From: Oscillospiraceae bacterium
Lineage (GTDB): Bacteria > Bacillota_I > Bacilli_A > RFN20 > CAG-288
Length of the DNA stretch: 64,000 bases
Assembly (NCBI GenBank): GCA_963654365.1
Contig: CAVJZP010000003.1
Span: 2,984-66,983 of the forward strand
Direction: 5' to 3'
The notes beneath the pieces were generated by a model, which did not search any database, was not told where the DNA came from, and saw nothing but the letters and a program-made list of their open reading frames with translations. Of the stretch, positions 28,164 through 38,269 are shown in pieces; the first letter of the stretch is position 1; every line of letters begins with the position of its first letter. A program made the translations under genes and the position numbers.

Positions 28164-29687
28164 ATGAAAGGCTATTCAACAATGAACGAACAACTCAACC
28201 ATCTATACGATTTGCTCAAGAAGTGCGAATCGTTAGTCCACACGATGCAGATTCTGAATTACGACATGGAGACTCAGGCTCCGAAGAAAGGCATGGAAGA
28301 TGATGCCAGAGATATCTCCTATCTTTCCGAGCAGGTCTTCGCTATCCGCTCCAACAAAGAGTTCAAAGACCTAGTCCAGAAACTGAACGAGGAGATCGAC
28401 ACTCTCGATGTCTATGACCAAAGACTTATCACTCTTCTGATGAGAGAGATCAACGCAGAAAAGAATGTAACTCCGGAATTCGACAAGGAAAGAACCGACC
28501 TCTTCAACAAAGCATATATCACCTGGATCAATGCCAAAGAGAAGAATGACTACTCCCTTTTTAAAGATACGTTAGAGAAGATCTATGATTTGGAAAAGAG
28601 ATATGTCGAACTGCAGGATAACTACGATAAAGACAATCTCTACAACACCCTGTTGTCCGGCTATGAGTTCGGTTTCACGACAAAGGACTTAGATCCTTTC
28701 TTCGATGAACTGGAGAAAGGATTAGTTCCGCTTTTAAAGGAAGTCAGAAACACAAATTACCAACCTAGACACGACTTCTTAAGAAGAAGAGTTCCGATTG
28801 GAAAGCAGGCTGAGTTCTCTGAATTCCTGATGAAGTTCAACGGCTTTGATTTCGAGCGCGGTTCCCTTTCTACGACAGAGCACCCCTTCACAGAGCAGTT
28901 CTCCTATAACGACGTCAGAATCACAACACACTATTTCGAAGACAATTTCCTCTCCAATATGTTCTCCATCATCCATGAAGGCGGTCACGCCCTATTCGGC
29001 CAGAACATCAATGAAGATGTCTTCACCCATCATCTCGGAGAAGGATCTCTGAGCATGGCAAAGCATGAATCGGTTTCCCGCTTCTATGAGAACGTCATTG
29101 GAAGAAGCAGGGAGTATATCCATGCAATCTATCCTAAATTCATCAAGATTTTCCATGATGAAATGTCTGATGTAACTGAAGATGACCTCTATGAAGGTGC
29201 AAACTACATCGACTTCGATAATCCGCTTAGGACCGAAGCAGATGAATTGACCTACTCCCTCCACATCCTGATCCGTTACCGCCTCGAGAAGAAGATCATG
29301 GAAGGAAAAGCAGACTTTGCTCACCTCAATGAGGAATGGAACAAACTCTACAAAGAATACCTTGGAATCGATATCCATGACGATAAATCAGGAATCCTTC
29401 AGGATGTCCACTGGTCTTCCGGATTCGGATACTTCCCAACCTATAGCATGGGTAATGCTCTCAACTGCATCTATTCCAAGAAGATGGAGAAAGAAATCGG
29501 CATGAAAGAGAAAGTAAAGGAAGGCAAAATGGATGAGATCCTGCTCTGGATGAAAAAGAACGTCTTTGCAACAGCGCCTTTATACGACACCAAGGAATGG
29601 ATCTACCGTCTCACGGGAGAAAACTTCTCCGCAAAAGACTATGTGGAATACCTGGACAAGAAATTCAGAGAACTCTATCACTTATAA
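28164..29687 (+). CDS. M32 carboxypeptidase (Taq-type)
   Basis: It has the HPF motif (TTEHPFT) and HEXXH (IHEGGHALFG). An alternative start lies at 28182 (MNEQL). Confidence 0.85.
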   Translation: MKGYSTMNEQLNHLYDLLKKCESLVHTMQILNYDMETQAPKKGMEDDARDISYLSEQVFAIRSNKEFKDLVQKLNEEIDTLDVYDQRLITLLMREINAEKNVTPEFDKERTDLFNKAYITWINAKEKNDYSLFKDTLEKIYDLEKRYVELQDNYDKDNLYNTLLSGYEFGFTTKDLDPFFDELEKGLVPLLKEVRNTNYQPRHDFLRRRVPIGKQAEFSEFLMKFNGFDFERGSLSTTEHPFTEQFSYNDVRITTHYFEDNFLSNMFSIIHEGGHALFGQNINEDVFTHHLGEGSLSMAKHESVSRFYENVIGRSREYIHAIYPKFIKIFHDEMSDVTEDDLYEGANYIDFDNPLRTEADELTYSLHILIRYRLEKKIMEGKADFAHLNEEWNKLYKEYLGIDIHDDKSGILQDVHWSSGFGYFPTYSMGNALNCIYSKKMEKEIGMKEKVKEGKMDEILLWMKKNVFATAPLYDTKEWIYRLTGENFSAKDYVEYLDKKFRELYHL

Positions 29688-29702
29688 AGAAAGGCATACA
29701 GC

Positions 29703-31433
29703 ATGATTCAGCAATTTGACCCAAATTTCAAAAATCTCGAAGAGATCAAAGTAGAAAGACCGGATAAGGAGGAGATCATTCAGGCAATCGATGCTTTGGA
29801 CAAGAAGCTTGTCGAAAGCAAGACAGGAGAAGAGGCCATCAAGACCGTAAAGGAATATTTCCTCCTCTCCGACAACGTGAGAACAATCTTCTCTCTTGTC
29901 TATATCCGTTACACCATCAACACCCAGGATCCCTATTACAAAGATCTCTCGGAACTTATCGATAACATATCTCCTGAAATCTCCGAACACTTCAACAGCT
30001 TTGACAAGCATTTCTTCGACTCTCCGTTCCGAAAGGAACTCGTCGATGCTTTCGGTCAGCTCTATTTCGATGAAGTTGAACTCTCCAACAAGACCTTTTC
30101 CAAAGAGATCGTTCCGGACTTGGTAGAAGAGAACAAGCTCACACGCGACTACATCAACGTCGTCTCCAGCGCCCTGATCGAATTTCATGGAGAGAAGTAC
30201 AGCCTTGCTCAGATGGGTAAATTCACTACTTCCTCCGACCGTGAGACAAGAAAAGAAGCCAGCGAAGCAGTCTGGGCTTTCTATGCTGAGAACGATGAGA
30301 AGATCGGTGATATCTATGACAAGATGGTCAAAGTCAGAACAACGATCGCTCACAAGTTAGGCTACAAGAACTTCCTCTATCTCGGATATGACAGAATGGG
30401 AAGACTCGACTGGACTCCCGAGGATGCCGAAGTCTACAGAAAGAAGATCTTAGAGAACATCGTCCCACTCTCAGAAGAGATCTTCCAGAAGCAGAAAGAG
30501 AGAATCGGATATTCCGATATCCACTACTATGATTACAGCATCTTCTACAAGAGCGGAAATCCGACTCCGAAAGGAACACCGGATGAGCTCATCCTCGCAG
30601 CAAGAAAGATGTACGAGGAACTCTCTCCCGTCGCTAGCAAATACTTCAACTTCATGGTGGATCACCACTGCATGGATCTCCTTGCCAAGCCCGGAAAATC
30701 CGGTGGCGGATATATGGACTATCTTCCGAGTCTGAAGACTGCATTCATCTTCTCCAATTTCAATGGAACCAGTGGAGATGTCGATGTTCTCACCCATGAG
30801 TTCGGCCATTCCCTCCAAGGTTTCTTAGGTGCAGAGGGAACCGATGTCCCCGCCTATCGAAATCCAGGAATGGAGTGCTGTGAGATGCATTCCATGTCGA
30901 TGGAATATCTCACCTATCCTTGGATGAAGTACTTCTTCAAAGAGGATACAGAGAAATATCTCTATCAGCACCTCTGCGATGCGATTACCTTTATCCCCTA
31001 TGGATGCATTGTCGATGCCTTCCAGGCCTATGTCTATGAACATCCTGAACTCACCCACAAGGAAAGAAAAGCCTATTTCCGCGAATTGGAGAGAACCTAT
31101 CTCCCGCACCGCCAGTACGAAGATAACGCCTTCTTAGAATCCGGCGGATACTTTGAAAGGCAGCACCATATCTTTGAAAACCCGCTCTACTACCTCGACT
31201 ATACCATCGCCCAGGTCGTCGCACTGGAATTCTTCGCCGAAGCCGAAAAGGATCACAAGAAAGCCTTCGATAAATATCTCGCCTTCGACCGACTCGGCGG
31301 AACCCTTCCTTTCCGTAGCCTCTTAAAGAAAGCCAATATCGCTAATCCGATGGATGGCGACACCTTAAAAACGGTCAGCGAAGACGTGATGGAATATCTG
31401 AAGAAGTTTGATCTTGCTAAGATCGATAAGTAA
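29703..31433 (+). CDS. pepF: M3B oligoendopeptidase F family
   Basis: It has the HEFGH zinc motif in a 576-aa product with PepF-like architecture. Confidence 0.85.
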   Translation: MIQQFDPNFKNLEEIKVERPDKEEIIQAIDALDKKLVESKTGEEAIKTVKEYFLLSDNVRTIFSLVYIRYTINTQDPYYKDLSELIDNISPEISEHFNSFDKHFFDSPFRKELVDAFGQLYFDEVELSNKTFSKEIVPDLVEENKLTRDYINVVSSALIEFHGEKYSLAQMGKFTTSSDRETRKEASEAVWAFYAENDEKIGDIYDKMVKVRTTIAHKLGYKNFLYLGYDRMGRLDWTPEDAEVYRKKILENIVPLSEEIFQKQKERIGYSDIHYYDYSIFYKSGNPTPKGTPDELILAARKMYEELSPVASKYFNFMVDHHCMDLLAKPGKSGGGYMDYLPSLKTAFIFSNFNGTSGDVDVLTHEFGHSLQGFLGAEGTDVPAYRNPGMECCEMHSMSMEYLTYPWMKYFFKEDTEKYLYQHLCDAITFIPYGCIVDAFQAYVYEHPELTHKERKAYFRELERTYLPHRQYEDNAFLESGGYFERQHHIFENPLYYLDYTIAQVVALEFFAEAEKDHKKAFDKYLAFDRLGGTLPFRSLLKKANIANPMDGDTLKTVSEDVMEYLKKFDLAKIDK

Positions 31434-31442
31434 ACGATATTG

Positions 31443-31496
31443 AAAAACTCGGCATAGAACTAGGATAGATATCTATCCCAGTCAGCCGAGTTTTTC
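31443..31496. terminator. Bidirectional terminator between pepF and nnrD
   Basis: Outer stem ACTCGGC...GCCGAGT enclosing the palindrome GGATAGATATCTATCC, with an A-run before and a T-run after. Confidence 0.7.
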
Positions 31497-32390
31497 TTAT
31501 TCTTTTTGTTTCAGCTGCTCTAATAGGATCTTCATTCCCTCTTTCAAAGAAAGAATCGAACAGAGCGAAGGTGAAATCCTCTTCTCTAATTCCGCCATAG
31601 AACGATGAATCATCTCATCTGCAAAGAGAATGACATCCGAATAGCTGACATGTTTCTCCGCAAAGGATAACAGTCCTGCAATATATCCAGAAAGTCCATC
31701 TCCCGATCCTGCCTTCCCTAAACTTGGAGTTGGAAGATAGGAGGAAGAAAAATGACTTCCATCTGGAAGGACGAGTATCGATGATACACTTTTCAAGAGG
31801 ATAGATACCTGATATTTTTGAGCAAATCCGATTGCTTTCGGAAGGTAATCAAAGGGATCTCTAGAATGTTCCTCTATATTCAATAGCGTTTTAGCCTCCC
31901 CTAGATGAGGAGTCAATAGTATTTTACAATCTTCCTTTTTCCCTTTCAGGATGTCACATCCGTAAAGAGAAAGGATTCTAAGCGCACTCGCATCCAAGAC
32001 AAGATTCTTCTCTGCGTTTTCAATCAGTGATTTCAGATACTGATGGTTCTTCTCTGAGACAGATACTCCATTTCCGAAAAGAACAGAGTCATATTTATGA
32101 AGATAGAAGAAATCATCCAAAAGGAAATCATCTTCCAAACAGGGTATTCCCTGATGTATGCAAAGCGGAGAAATCCGAGAGAAGACAATCGGATAGACTG
32201 TATTTGGAATAGAGAGAGCATTATATCCGTTTCCAGATAGGATTGCCGCTTCCGCAGCAATCAGTGTCGCATTCGGAAAATCGCGGCTGGATCCAATCAG
32301 CAGAGTCCGACCGTTATCCGACTTGATGGCATTCCGAACACGATGGAAATAGAGTTTTGCTGCGATCTGCTCAAATATTTCTTTCTCCAT
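31497..32390 (-). CDS. nnrD: ADP-dependent NAD(P)H-hydrate dehydratase (YjeF C-terminal type)
   Basis: It has the motif GKAGSGDGLSGYIAGLL. Only the carbohydrate-kinase-like domain is present; there is no epimerase domain. Confidence 0.8.
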   Translation of the reverse strand: MEKEIFEQIAAKLYFHRVRNAIKSDNGRTLLIGSSRDFPNATLIAAEAAILSGNGYNALSIPNTVYPIVFSRISPLCIHQGIPCLEDDFLLDDFFYLHKYDSVLFGNGVSVSEKNHQYLKSLIENAEKNLVLDASALRILSLYGCDILKGKKEDCKILLTPHLGEAKTLLNIEEHSRDPFDYLPKAIGFAQKYQVSILLKSVSSILVLPDGSHFSSSYLPTPSLGKAGSGDGLSGYIAGLLSFAEKHVSYSDVILFADEMIHRSMAELEKRISPSLCSILSLKEGMKILLEQLKQKE

Positions 32391-32393
32391 GTT

Positions 32394-33266
32394 TCACCTC
32401 TTGTAAAACAGTGTTTTCATCTCCTTCATCTTACTCTTCTTTTCCTTCCGTTTCATCCCCTTTAAATCATAAGAGAGCTGAAGTCGGTTCAGTAAGGAGA
32501 GATGAGAGAAGAGTTTTTTTGCTAATCTATTGTCTTTCTCTGAGATATAGGAAAGAGAGTTTTCCATTGCTTCCTTATGATAGTGAAACCGGTCGTGATA
32601 GTCTGACATGATGGAATCATATCCTTGTCGGTATCCGTAGAGCATCTTCTTTAGGAAGACCGTTTTTTTCGCGTGATAGAAGACAACATTCATGAAATAC
32701 CAGTCCTCGTACTGCCTTAGATTCTCAGAGAAGAGAATTCCGTTCTCTGTCAAGAGACTCCTCTTATAGAGCCTTCCCCAGCAGAAGGTACGGTATCTGC
32801 CGAAAGAGTCCTTATAGAGCTTCTTCAGGATTGTCTTACCGTCTGTTATCTTTCTTAACCTAGAATATCCAGGAATCTTACGTTTTCCTTTGAAGAGATA
32901 GTATCCGCAGGAGACGACATCGGCATTCGTCTTCTTCGCCTTCTGATAGAGCGTAGAGAGATAATCTGCTTTCACAATATCATCTCCATCGACAAAGCCG
33001 ATATATTCTCCTACTGAGTGAAAGAGACCAAGGTTTCTCGAATAGCCAGGTCCTTTGTTGACTTCCCATCGGTAATAGAAAAAACCCGGGTTTGCTTTCT
33101 CGAATGACTTTGCAAGTTCAGAGCAGCTTTCTTCTCCGCAACAATCGATCATGACAACCTGATAAGGCAATGAAAAGTCCTGCTCTCTTAATGAAGAAAG
33201 ACATTCCATGAGGAATTCACTCTTGTGATAGACAGGAACGATAATAGTTATAGCAGTACGATTCAT
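32394..33266 (-). CDS. GT2-family glycosyltransferase
   Basis: It contains ITIIVPVYHKSEFLMECLSSLREQ and the DGDD motif (FVDGDDIV). Confidence 0.85.
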   Translation of the reverse strand: MNRTAITIIVPVYHKSEFLMECLSSLREQDFSLPYQVVMIDCCGEESCSELAKSFEKANPGFFYYRWEVNKGPGYSRNLGLFHSVGEYIGFVDGDDIVKADYLSTLYQKAKKTNADVVSCGYYLFKGKRKIPGYSRLRKITDGKTILKKLYKDSFGRYRTFCWGRLYKRSLLTENGILFSENLRQYEDWYFMNVVFYHAKKTVFLKKMLYGYRQGYDSIMSDYHDRFHYHKEAMENSLSYISEKDNRLAKKLFSHLSLLNRLQLSYDLKGMKRKEKKSKMKEMKTLFYKR

Positions 33267-33302
33267 TTACCTATAGATTATATCAAAATCAGAAAAACAC
33301 AA

Positions 33303-33998
33303 TCATTTCTTCTCTCTCATCTTCCTGAACTTCTTCAGAAGCGTATTGATCCGATATGCGATCGTGGAAGGAGATACTCCCATGATATCCGCAATGTCTC
33401 GGTAGGAGTATGACATCATGTACATCGTCAGAACATCCTGGTCTTCTTCATCCTGAACAGAGAGAAACTGCTCAAAGTCAACCTTGTCCAAGATGGTTGC
33501 AGTCGGATTCATCCCTTCAGTGACGCTGTCAAAGAAGGTCAGCTCCGAAACACAGACTTTCTTTCCCAAGGCAGCCAGTTCCCTGTGGTACCGGACTCCC
33601 TCATTTTTGAGAAACCAGTTGAAATAGGACTGGAAGTTCTTCCTCAACAGATTCTCAACCGGTATCCCATAAGTTCCGACATAGATGTCGACGACTTTGT
33701 TGGCTGCCTTTACTAAGGTCGTATAGACACTGCTGTAGTCCAAAAACGGCCTCACCTCACAGACATACTTTACGTAGTGTTTAATGGAAGGATCGACACG
33801 TTTCATGAACTCATCTCTTGCCACGGCATCCGTTTTGGCAATCACAGTCAGCTCAGAAAGGGAATAAGCTTCGAACTCATATCCCTGATTCGGAAATTCG
33901 GATTCCGCCTTCACAAACTTGCCGGCCTCTTTGTCAAAGACCATCTTCATCTCGTCCCGTACCTTACGATTTTCATAGACTCGTCTAGCGTGTTTCAT
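33303..33998 (-). CDS. Divergent sigma-70 family factor, SigH/ComX-like by position
   Basis: The C-terminus carries a region-4 HTH (SYRDIADIMGVSPSTIAYRINTLLKKF). The region-2-like segment is weak. The gene lies directly downstream of rlmB, as sigH does in Bacillus and Staphylococcus. Confidence 0.6.
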   Translation of the reverse strand: MKHARRVYENRKVRDEMKMVFDKEAGKFVKAESEFPNQGYEFEAYSLSELTVIAKTDAVARDEFMKRVDPSIKHYVKYVCEVRPFLDYSSVYTTLVKAANKVVDIYVGTYGIPVENLLRKNFQSYFNWFLKNEGVRYHRELAALGKKVCVSELTFFDSVTEGMNPTATILDKVDFEQFLSVQDEEDQDVLTMYMMSYSYRDIADIMGVSPSTIAYRINTLLKKFRKMREKK

Positions 33999-34103
33999 AG
34001 TTACGCACCTCCAAATCCATAGGAAAACAAAAGCTATAAGCTCCCTTTTCGCTGGATATATTTCAGTGCTTGATGATGAAAAATGCTACTAAGACAAATA
34101 CTA

Positions 34104-34850
34104 TTATTTACGCTTTTTTCTGCGATAGGAATCAATCTGGGCAACAAAGACAGCACAGGCAATGCTTGCGTTCAACGCTTTGACTTTGCCTTCCAATGGG
34201 ATGGATGCGATGAAATCGGAGTGTTCTCGGACAAGTTTGGAAACACCGAAACCTTCGCTTCCGATGACTAAGACAATCTTGCCGGAATAATCGATCTCAT
34301 CATAAACGTCTTTGCCTTCACCGGCAGAGGCAACGACCCAATACCCTTCCTTTTTCAGCTTTTCCAAGGTCTGTGAAAGATTGGTGACCTGAACGATCGG
34401 TATGATTTCTTCTCCGCCTGTTGCGACTTTTGAAACGGTTCCCGTTACCTGAACCTGTCTGTTCTTTCCGATGATGATGCCATCGACATTAAAACCGGTG
34501 GAGGTACGGATGATAGATCCGAAATTGACGGGATCTTCAATCCCATCGAGCATAATGATTGTAGAATCCTTTTTATCCTTCACTTCCGAAAGAAGCTTCT
34601 CCAGTTCCGTGAAATGGAATTCCGGCATGGAGCAAACGACTCCCTGATGGTTTTTGTTTCCGGAGAGACGGTTTAACTCCTCAGCGGAAATCATCTTGAC
34701 AGGGAGAGAATTCTTTCTTGCCAAAGCAAGGATATCCGCATCGGGATGATTCGAATTCAAAAAGATGCGAACTGGTTTTCTGTTTCCTACAATGGCATTT
34801 TTGACGGGTATTTTTCCGAAAACAATATTGTCATCCATAGCGGTCCTCAT
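34104..34850 (-). CDS. rlmB: 23S rRNA (guanosine-2'-O)-methyltransferase RlmB (TrmH/SpoU family)
   Basis: It has an N-terminal L30e-like domain plus SpoU motifs (GIEDPVNFGSIIRT, LVIGSEGFGVS, IPLEGKVKALNAS). Confidence 0.85.
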   Translation of the reverse strand: MRTAMDDNIVFGKIPVKNAIVGNRKPVRIFLNSNHPDADILALARKNSLPVKMISAEELNRLSGNKNHQGVVCSMPEFHFTELEKLLSEVKDKKDSTIIMLDGIEDPVNFGSIIRTSTGFNVDGIIIGKNRQVQVTGTVSKVATGGEEIIPIVQVTNLSQTLEKLKKEGYWVVASAGEGKDVYDEIDYSGKIVLVIGSEGFGVSKLVREHSDFIASIPLEGKVKALNASIACAVFVAQIDSYRRKKRK

Positions 34851-34949
34851 TTCTTCGCTATATAAACTATAAAACTTTTTAAGGGAAAGAGCAAAGGAAA
34901 CTTAATGCCAGCTAAAAGAAAATACATCCTGTGAAAGTGTGAAAAAAGA

Positions 34950-34986
34950 TTGACATAGTCCTTTAACTGTATATACTGAATATACA
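34950..34986 (+). promoter_or_regulatory. SigA-type promoter with overlapping inverted repeat (candidate GntR/YtrA operator)
   Basis: TTGACA-16 nt-TATACT. The perfect inverted repeat TGTATAT-actga-ATATACA overlaps the -10, about 13 nt before the ABC start codon. Confidence 0.5.
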
Positions 34987-34998
34987 CGGAGGCACACT

Positions 34999-35850
34999 AT
35001 GGCAATACTGACTGTCAAAGACTTATGCAAATCCTATCCAAACTTCTCCCTTCAGAATGTCTCTTTTTCTTTGGAGTCTGGATATATCATGGGTTTCATC
35101 GGGAAAAACGGTGCCGGAAAGACGACTACTATCAAGTCTATCTATAAACTGATCCATATCGATTCCGGTGAAATCACTCTGTTCGGAAAGAAGTTAGAGA
35201 AGACCAATGAGACAGAATTGAAGCAGGATGTCGCCTTGATGTTGGGCGGATTGGATATCTATTCGAATTTTCGGCTCTCCGTCATCAAGAATGCGATTGC
35301 TCCTTTCTATCAGAATTTCGATGACGCAAAATATGATTCCCTGATTCACCGCTTCTCATTGGATGAGAAGAAGAAATTCAAAGACCTTTCCAATGGGATG
35401 AAGACAAAATTCCTCCTTGCCTTGGCAATGTCTCACCACGCCAAGCTTCTCATACTGGATGAACCAACCTCGGGATTGGATCCCTTCTCAAGGGATGAAA
35501 TCCTCAGTGAATTCCAGAACTATATCAAGGATGGAGAGCATAGCATCATCTTCTCCACTCAGATTGTCTCCGACTTAGAAGCAGTTGCGGATTATATCAC
35601 CTATATCAAAAACGGAAAGATTGTCTTATCCGATGAAAAAGACTCCTTTATCGATAGTTACCGGATGATTATCTGTCCAAAGGCAATCGGAAAGCAGTTG
35701 CCGGAGGATATCATCATCGGAACAAAGGAATCTCCTTATTCCTTTGAGGCGCTGATAAAGAGCAAAGATGAAGATAAGGTTCCCTCCTCTGTTGAACTCG
35801 TCACTCCTAACATCGAACAGATCATGATCCTTACAGAAAGGGGAAAGTAA
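34999..35850 (+). CDS. ABC transporter ATP-binding protein
   Basis: It has Walker A (GKNGAGKTT), the signature LSNGMK and Walker B (LLILDEPTSGLD). Confidence 0.9.
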   Translation: MAILTVKDLCKSYPNFSLQNVSFSLESGYIMGFIGKNGAGKTTTIKSIYKLIHIDSGEITLFGKKLEKTNETELKQDVALMLGGLDIYSNFRLSVIKNAIAPFYQNFDDAKYDSLIHRFSLDEKKKFKDLSNGMKTKFLLALAMSHHAKLLILDEPTSGLDPFSRDEILSEFQNYIKDGEHSIIFSTQIVSDLEAVADYITYIKNGKIVLSDEKDSFIDSYRMIICPKAIGKQLPEDIIIGTKESPYSFEALIKSKDEDKVPSSVELVTPNIEQIMILTERGK

Positions 35851-35851
35851 A

Positions 35852-36502
35852 ATGAAAGCATTGCTGAAAAAAGAATTTCTTCTTATGCACCCTGTCTATT
35901 ATCTGGGATATTCCTGTGTTTTGCTTTTACTGATTCCGACGTATCCTGCTGCAATCTCGTTCTATCTTCCGCTTACATTCAGCATCAACATCTATGTCGG
36001 ATTCATCAGCGAAAACCATGATATGCTCTTCTCTTCTTTAACCCCGATATCCAAAAAGGATTACATCAAAGCAAAACTTTTCATGACCATCTTTTTTGAA
36101 ATCACCTTTATGCTTTTATCCCTTCCTTTCCTCTTTGTGAAACAGCTGATATTCACGTCGGAGATGATGGCAAGCATTCCTGGCATCGATAGTATCTTCT
36201 CCCTCTTTGGATGCTGTTTTCTATGCTATGGAATCTATAACCTTCTTGTTTGGACTATCTATATCAAGACAGCGCCGAAGAGAATGCTTGCCACCCTCCT
36301 TTCCCTCTTTGTCTCCTTCCTTTTCTTCCTCTTCTTTGGCATAGTATTAGCCTATCTTCCCACCATAGGGGAAGCATTGGACTTTAACGGAGAGATCCTC
36401 TATCAGATTCTCTATTTCCTGATTGGATTATTATGTTTTGTTCTATTGAATCTTTTCACCTATCATATCTGTGCTGATACGATGGAAAAGAAGGATCTCT
36501 AG
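35852..36502 (+). CDS. ABC-2 type permease-like membrane protein
   Basis: The 216-aa product has about 6 hydrophobic segments. The gene is coupled to the ATPase gene. Confidence 0.7.
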   Translation: MKALLKKEFLLMHPVYYLGYSCVLLLLIPTYPAAISFYLPLTFSINIYVGFISENHDMLFSSLTPISKKDYIKAKLFMTIFFEITFMLLSLPFLFVKQLIFTSEMMASIPGIDSIFSLFGCCFLCYGIYNLLVWTIYIKTAPKRMLATLLSLFVSFLFFLFFGIVLAYLPTIGEALDFNGEILYQILYFLIGLLCFVLLNLFTYHICADTMEKKDL

Positions 36503-36503
36503 T

Positions 36504-36878
36504 ATGGATATCATCATTACCCCTGTATCGGAATTACCGATATACAGGCAGATTGAAGAATCCATAAAGACAGAGATACTGAACGGGAAACTAGAGCAGA
36601 ACTCTCTTCTTCCTTCTATCCGTCAGTTAGCTTGTGACTTGAATGTATCTGTCATCACAGTCAAAAAAGCATACGAGGATCTAGAGAAAGACGGCTACAT
36701 CTATTCTTTCCCTGGGAAAGGATTCTATGTCAGTGAAATGAGCGAAAAACAGATTAAAGTCATCAAAAAGAAAATCGCAGAGAACACGATGAGAAAGCAG
36801 ATTGATTACCTGAGATCTCTTGGCTTAGAAAACGATGAGATCATGAATATCATAAGTGAAAAAATACTGACGAAATAG
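36504..36878 (+). CDS. GntR family (YtrA subfamily) transcriptional regulator
   Basis: It has a wHTH (PIYRQIEESIKTEILNGKL...LPSIRQLACDLNVSVITVKKAYEDLEKDGYI) and a short C-terminal domain. The start is at MDIII. Confidence 0.85.
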   Translation: MDIIITPVSELPIYRQIEESIKTEILNGKLEQNSLLPSIRQLACDLNVSVITVKKAYEDLEKDGYIYSFPGKGFYVSEMSEKQIKVIKKKIAENTMRKQIDYLRSLGLENDEIMNIISEKILTK

Positions 36879-37109
36879 CCTTCGTTTTCCTTTAGCGCTT
36901 TTTTGGCGGATAAATAAAACAACTTTCAGTTTTCTTTAAAGTAGTAAAGTTTATTATTTTCCAAACCATCGACATTTAATCATTAAATGTTTAATAAAAT
37001 CATTAAAATAGAACCAAAACAGATGGAACGGGATTCCTTCCCTCTGTTTTTTTGACTTTGCTTTCCTCTTCCATTATAATAAAGAGTGTAGGAACAGGAG
37101 GACAATCCT

Positions 37110-38171
37110 ATGAAAAAGAAAAATCTAATCTCGTTATTATTTCTGCCTATTTTGATCACATCCTGCAATGGAAGCACAGGGAATGAAACAAAGCTTCCGA
37201 ACAACGGTACTGCAATCGACAGAACCGTCGGAAAAGAAAAACTCAAAGCTGCCGTAAAGAGCGAAGTTGAACCAGATAGCGACAACGACGCTTTCGGTTT
37301 CTCTATCAGCGGTGCTCACTTCAGCGAGTCTTTCACTGGTGGCATGACTGTTGCCGATCAGTCTATCGCTTCCATCACATCCAAGATTGAAGCAAAGAAC
37401 GGAAAGATCAGCTTCGGTGTCAAAGGTCATACTGGAACAAAGGCCAGCGATTTCCGTGCCACCCTTTCCGCTTCCATCAATGTCAAAGGAAATTACACCA
37501 CAACCTATAACGCCAATATCGCAGTACCAACAGCCGATGTCGCCGCAACACCTACCACAAACACCGAATTCAACGGTGACTATGCTGTCTCCGCCGATCT
37601 CTTCGAGAACAATCTCTACCTCGACTTATCCAATAAGCAGGTCTTCTCTCTCCTCTCTACTCTCTTAGGTCAGTATACAAGTTCCCTTCCTAGCAGTGGC
37701 AAAGCCAAAGTCGCACTCAACATGAGCGACGAGGACTTCCCTCTCATCAAAAATCTTGACACAACGGAATTCGATGAAGCCTATGAAGAGTTCTATTCTT
37801 CTCTTCCGGATGATGGCGAGTTCAAAGATCACGGAAAAGCCGGATACTCCTATAGCGGAAAACTGACTGGAACAGAACTCAACGAAGAGGGAGAAGAAGA
37901 GACCACCACTAAGATCTCCTATAACTACAGCGCTGATTCTTCCTTCAGCTATGCTCTTGTCTTCAACGAGAGTGGATTCGTTTCCTTCGGCATCGATGCC
38001 AATTTAGGTCTTTCCACCTCTGTCGATATGGGAACTTCCGCTTCTTCCTATAAGCTGAATTATAGCGGTAACCTCTCCTTCGGACTCAAGTTCGAATTCC
38101 TCAGAGGAAATGATGTCAAGTTCCCGACGGTTGACACTGCCGCATATACCACAGTCAGCACAGCCTACTAA
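37110..38171 (+). CDS. Lipoprotein, function unknown
   Basis: It has a signal peptide with lipobox ILITSC. The mature part is 353 aa and T/S/N-rich. Confidence 0.7.
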   Translation: MKKKNLISLLFLPILITSCNGSTGNETKLPNNGTAIDRTVGKEKLKAAVKSEVEPDSDNDAFGFSISGAHFSESFTGGMTVADQSIASITSKIEAKNGKISFGVKGHTGTKASDFRATLSASINVKGNYTTTYNANIAVPTADVAATPTTNTEFNGDYAVSADLFENNLYLDLSNKQVFSLLSTLLGQYTSSLPSSGKAKVALNMSDEDFPLIKNLDTTEFDEAYEEFYSSLPDDGEFKDHGKAGYSYSGKLTGTELNEEGEEETTTKISYNYSADSSFSYALVFNESGFVSFGIDANLGLSTSVDMGTSASSYKLNYSGNLSFGLKFEFLRGNDVKFPTVDTAAYTTVSTAY

Positions 38172-38192
38172 TTCAAACTTCTATCGCAATAG

Positions 38193-38217
38193 AAAGCTAG
38201 CTTCGGCTAGCTTTTTT
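38193..38217. terminator. Bidirectional rho-independent terminator
   Basis: Hairpin AGCTAGC-ttcg-GCTAGCT with flanking A and T runs, between convergent genes. Confidence 0.75.
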
Positions 38218-38269
38218 GCTGCAGCAAAAAAGCCACCACCCAGTTAGGATGATGGCTAATCACTATCGA

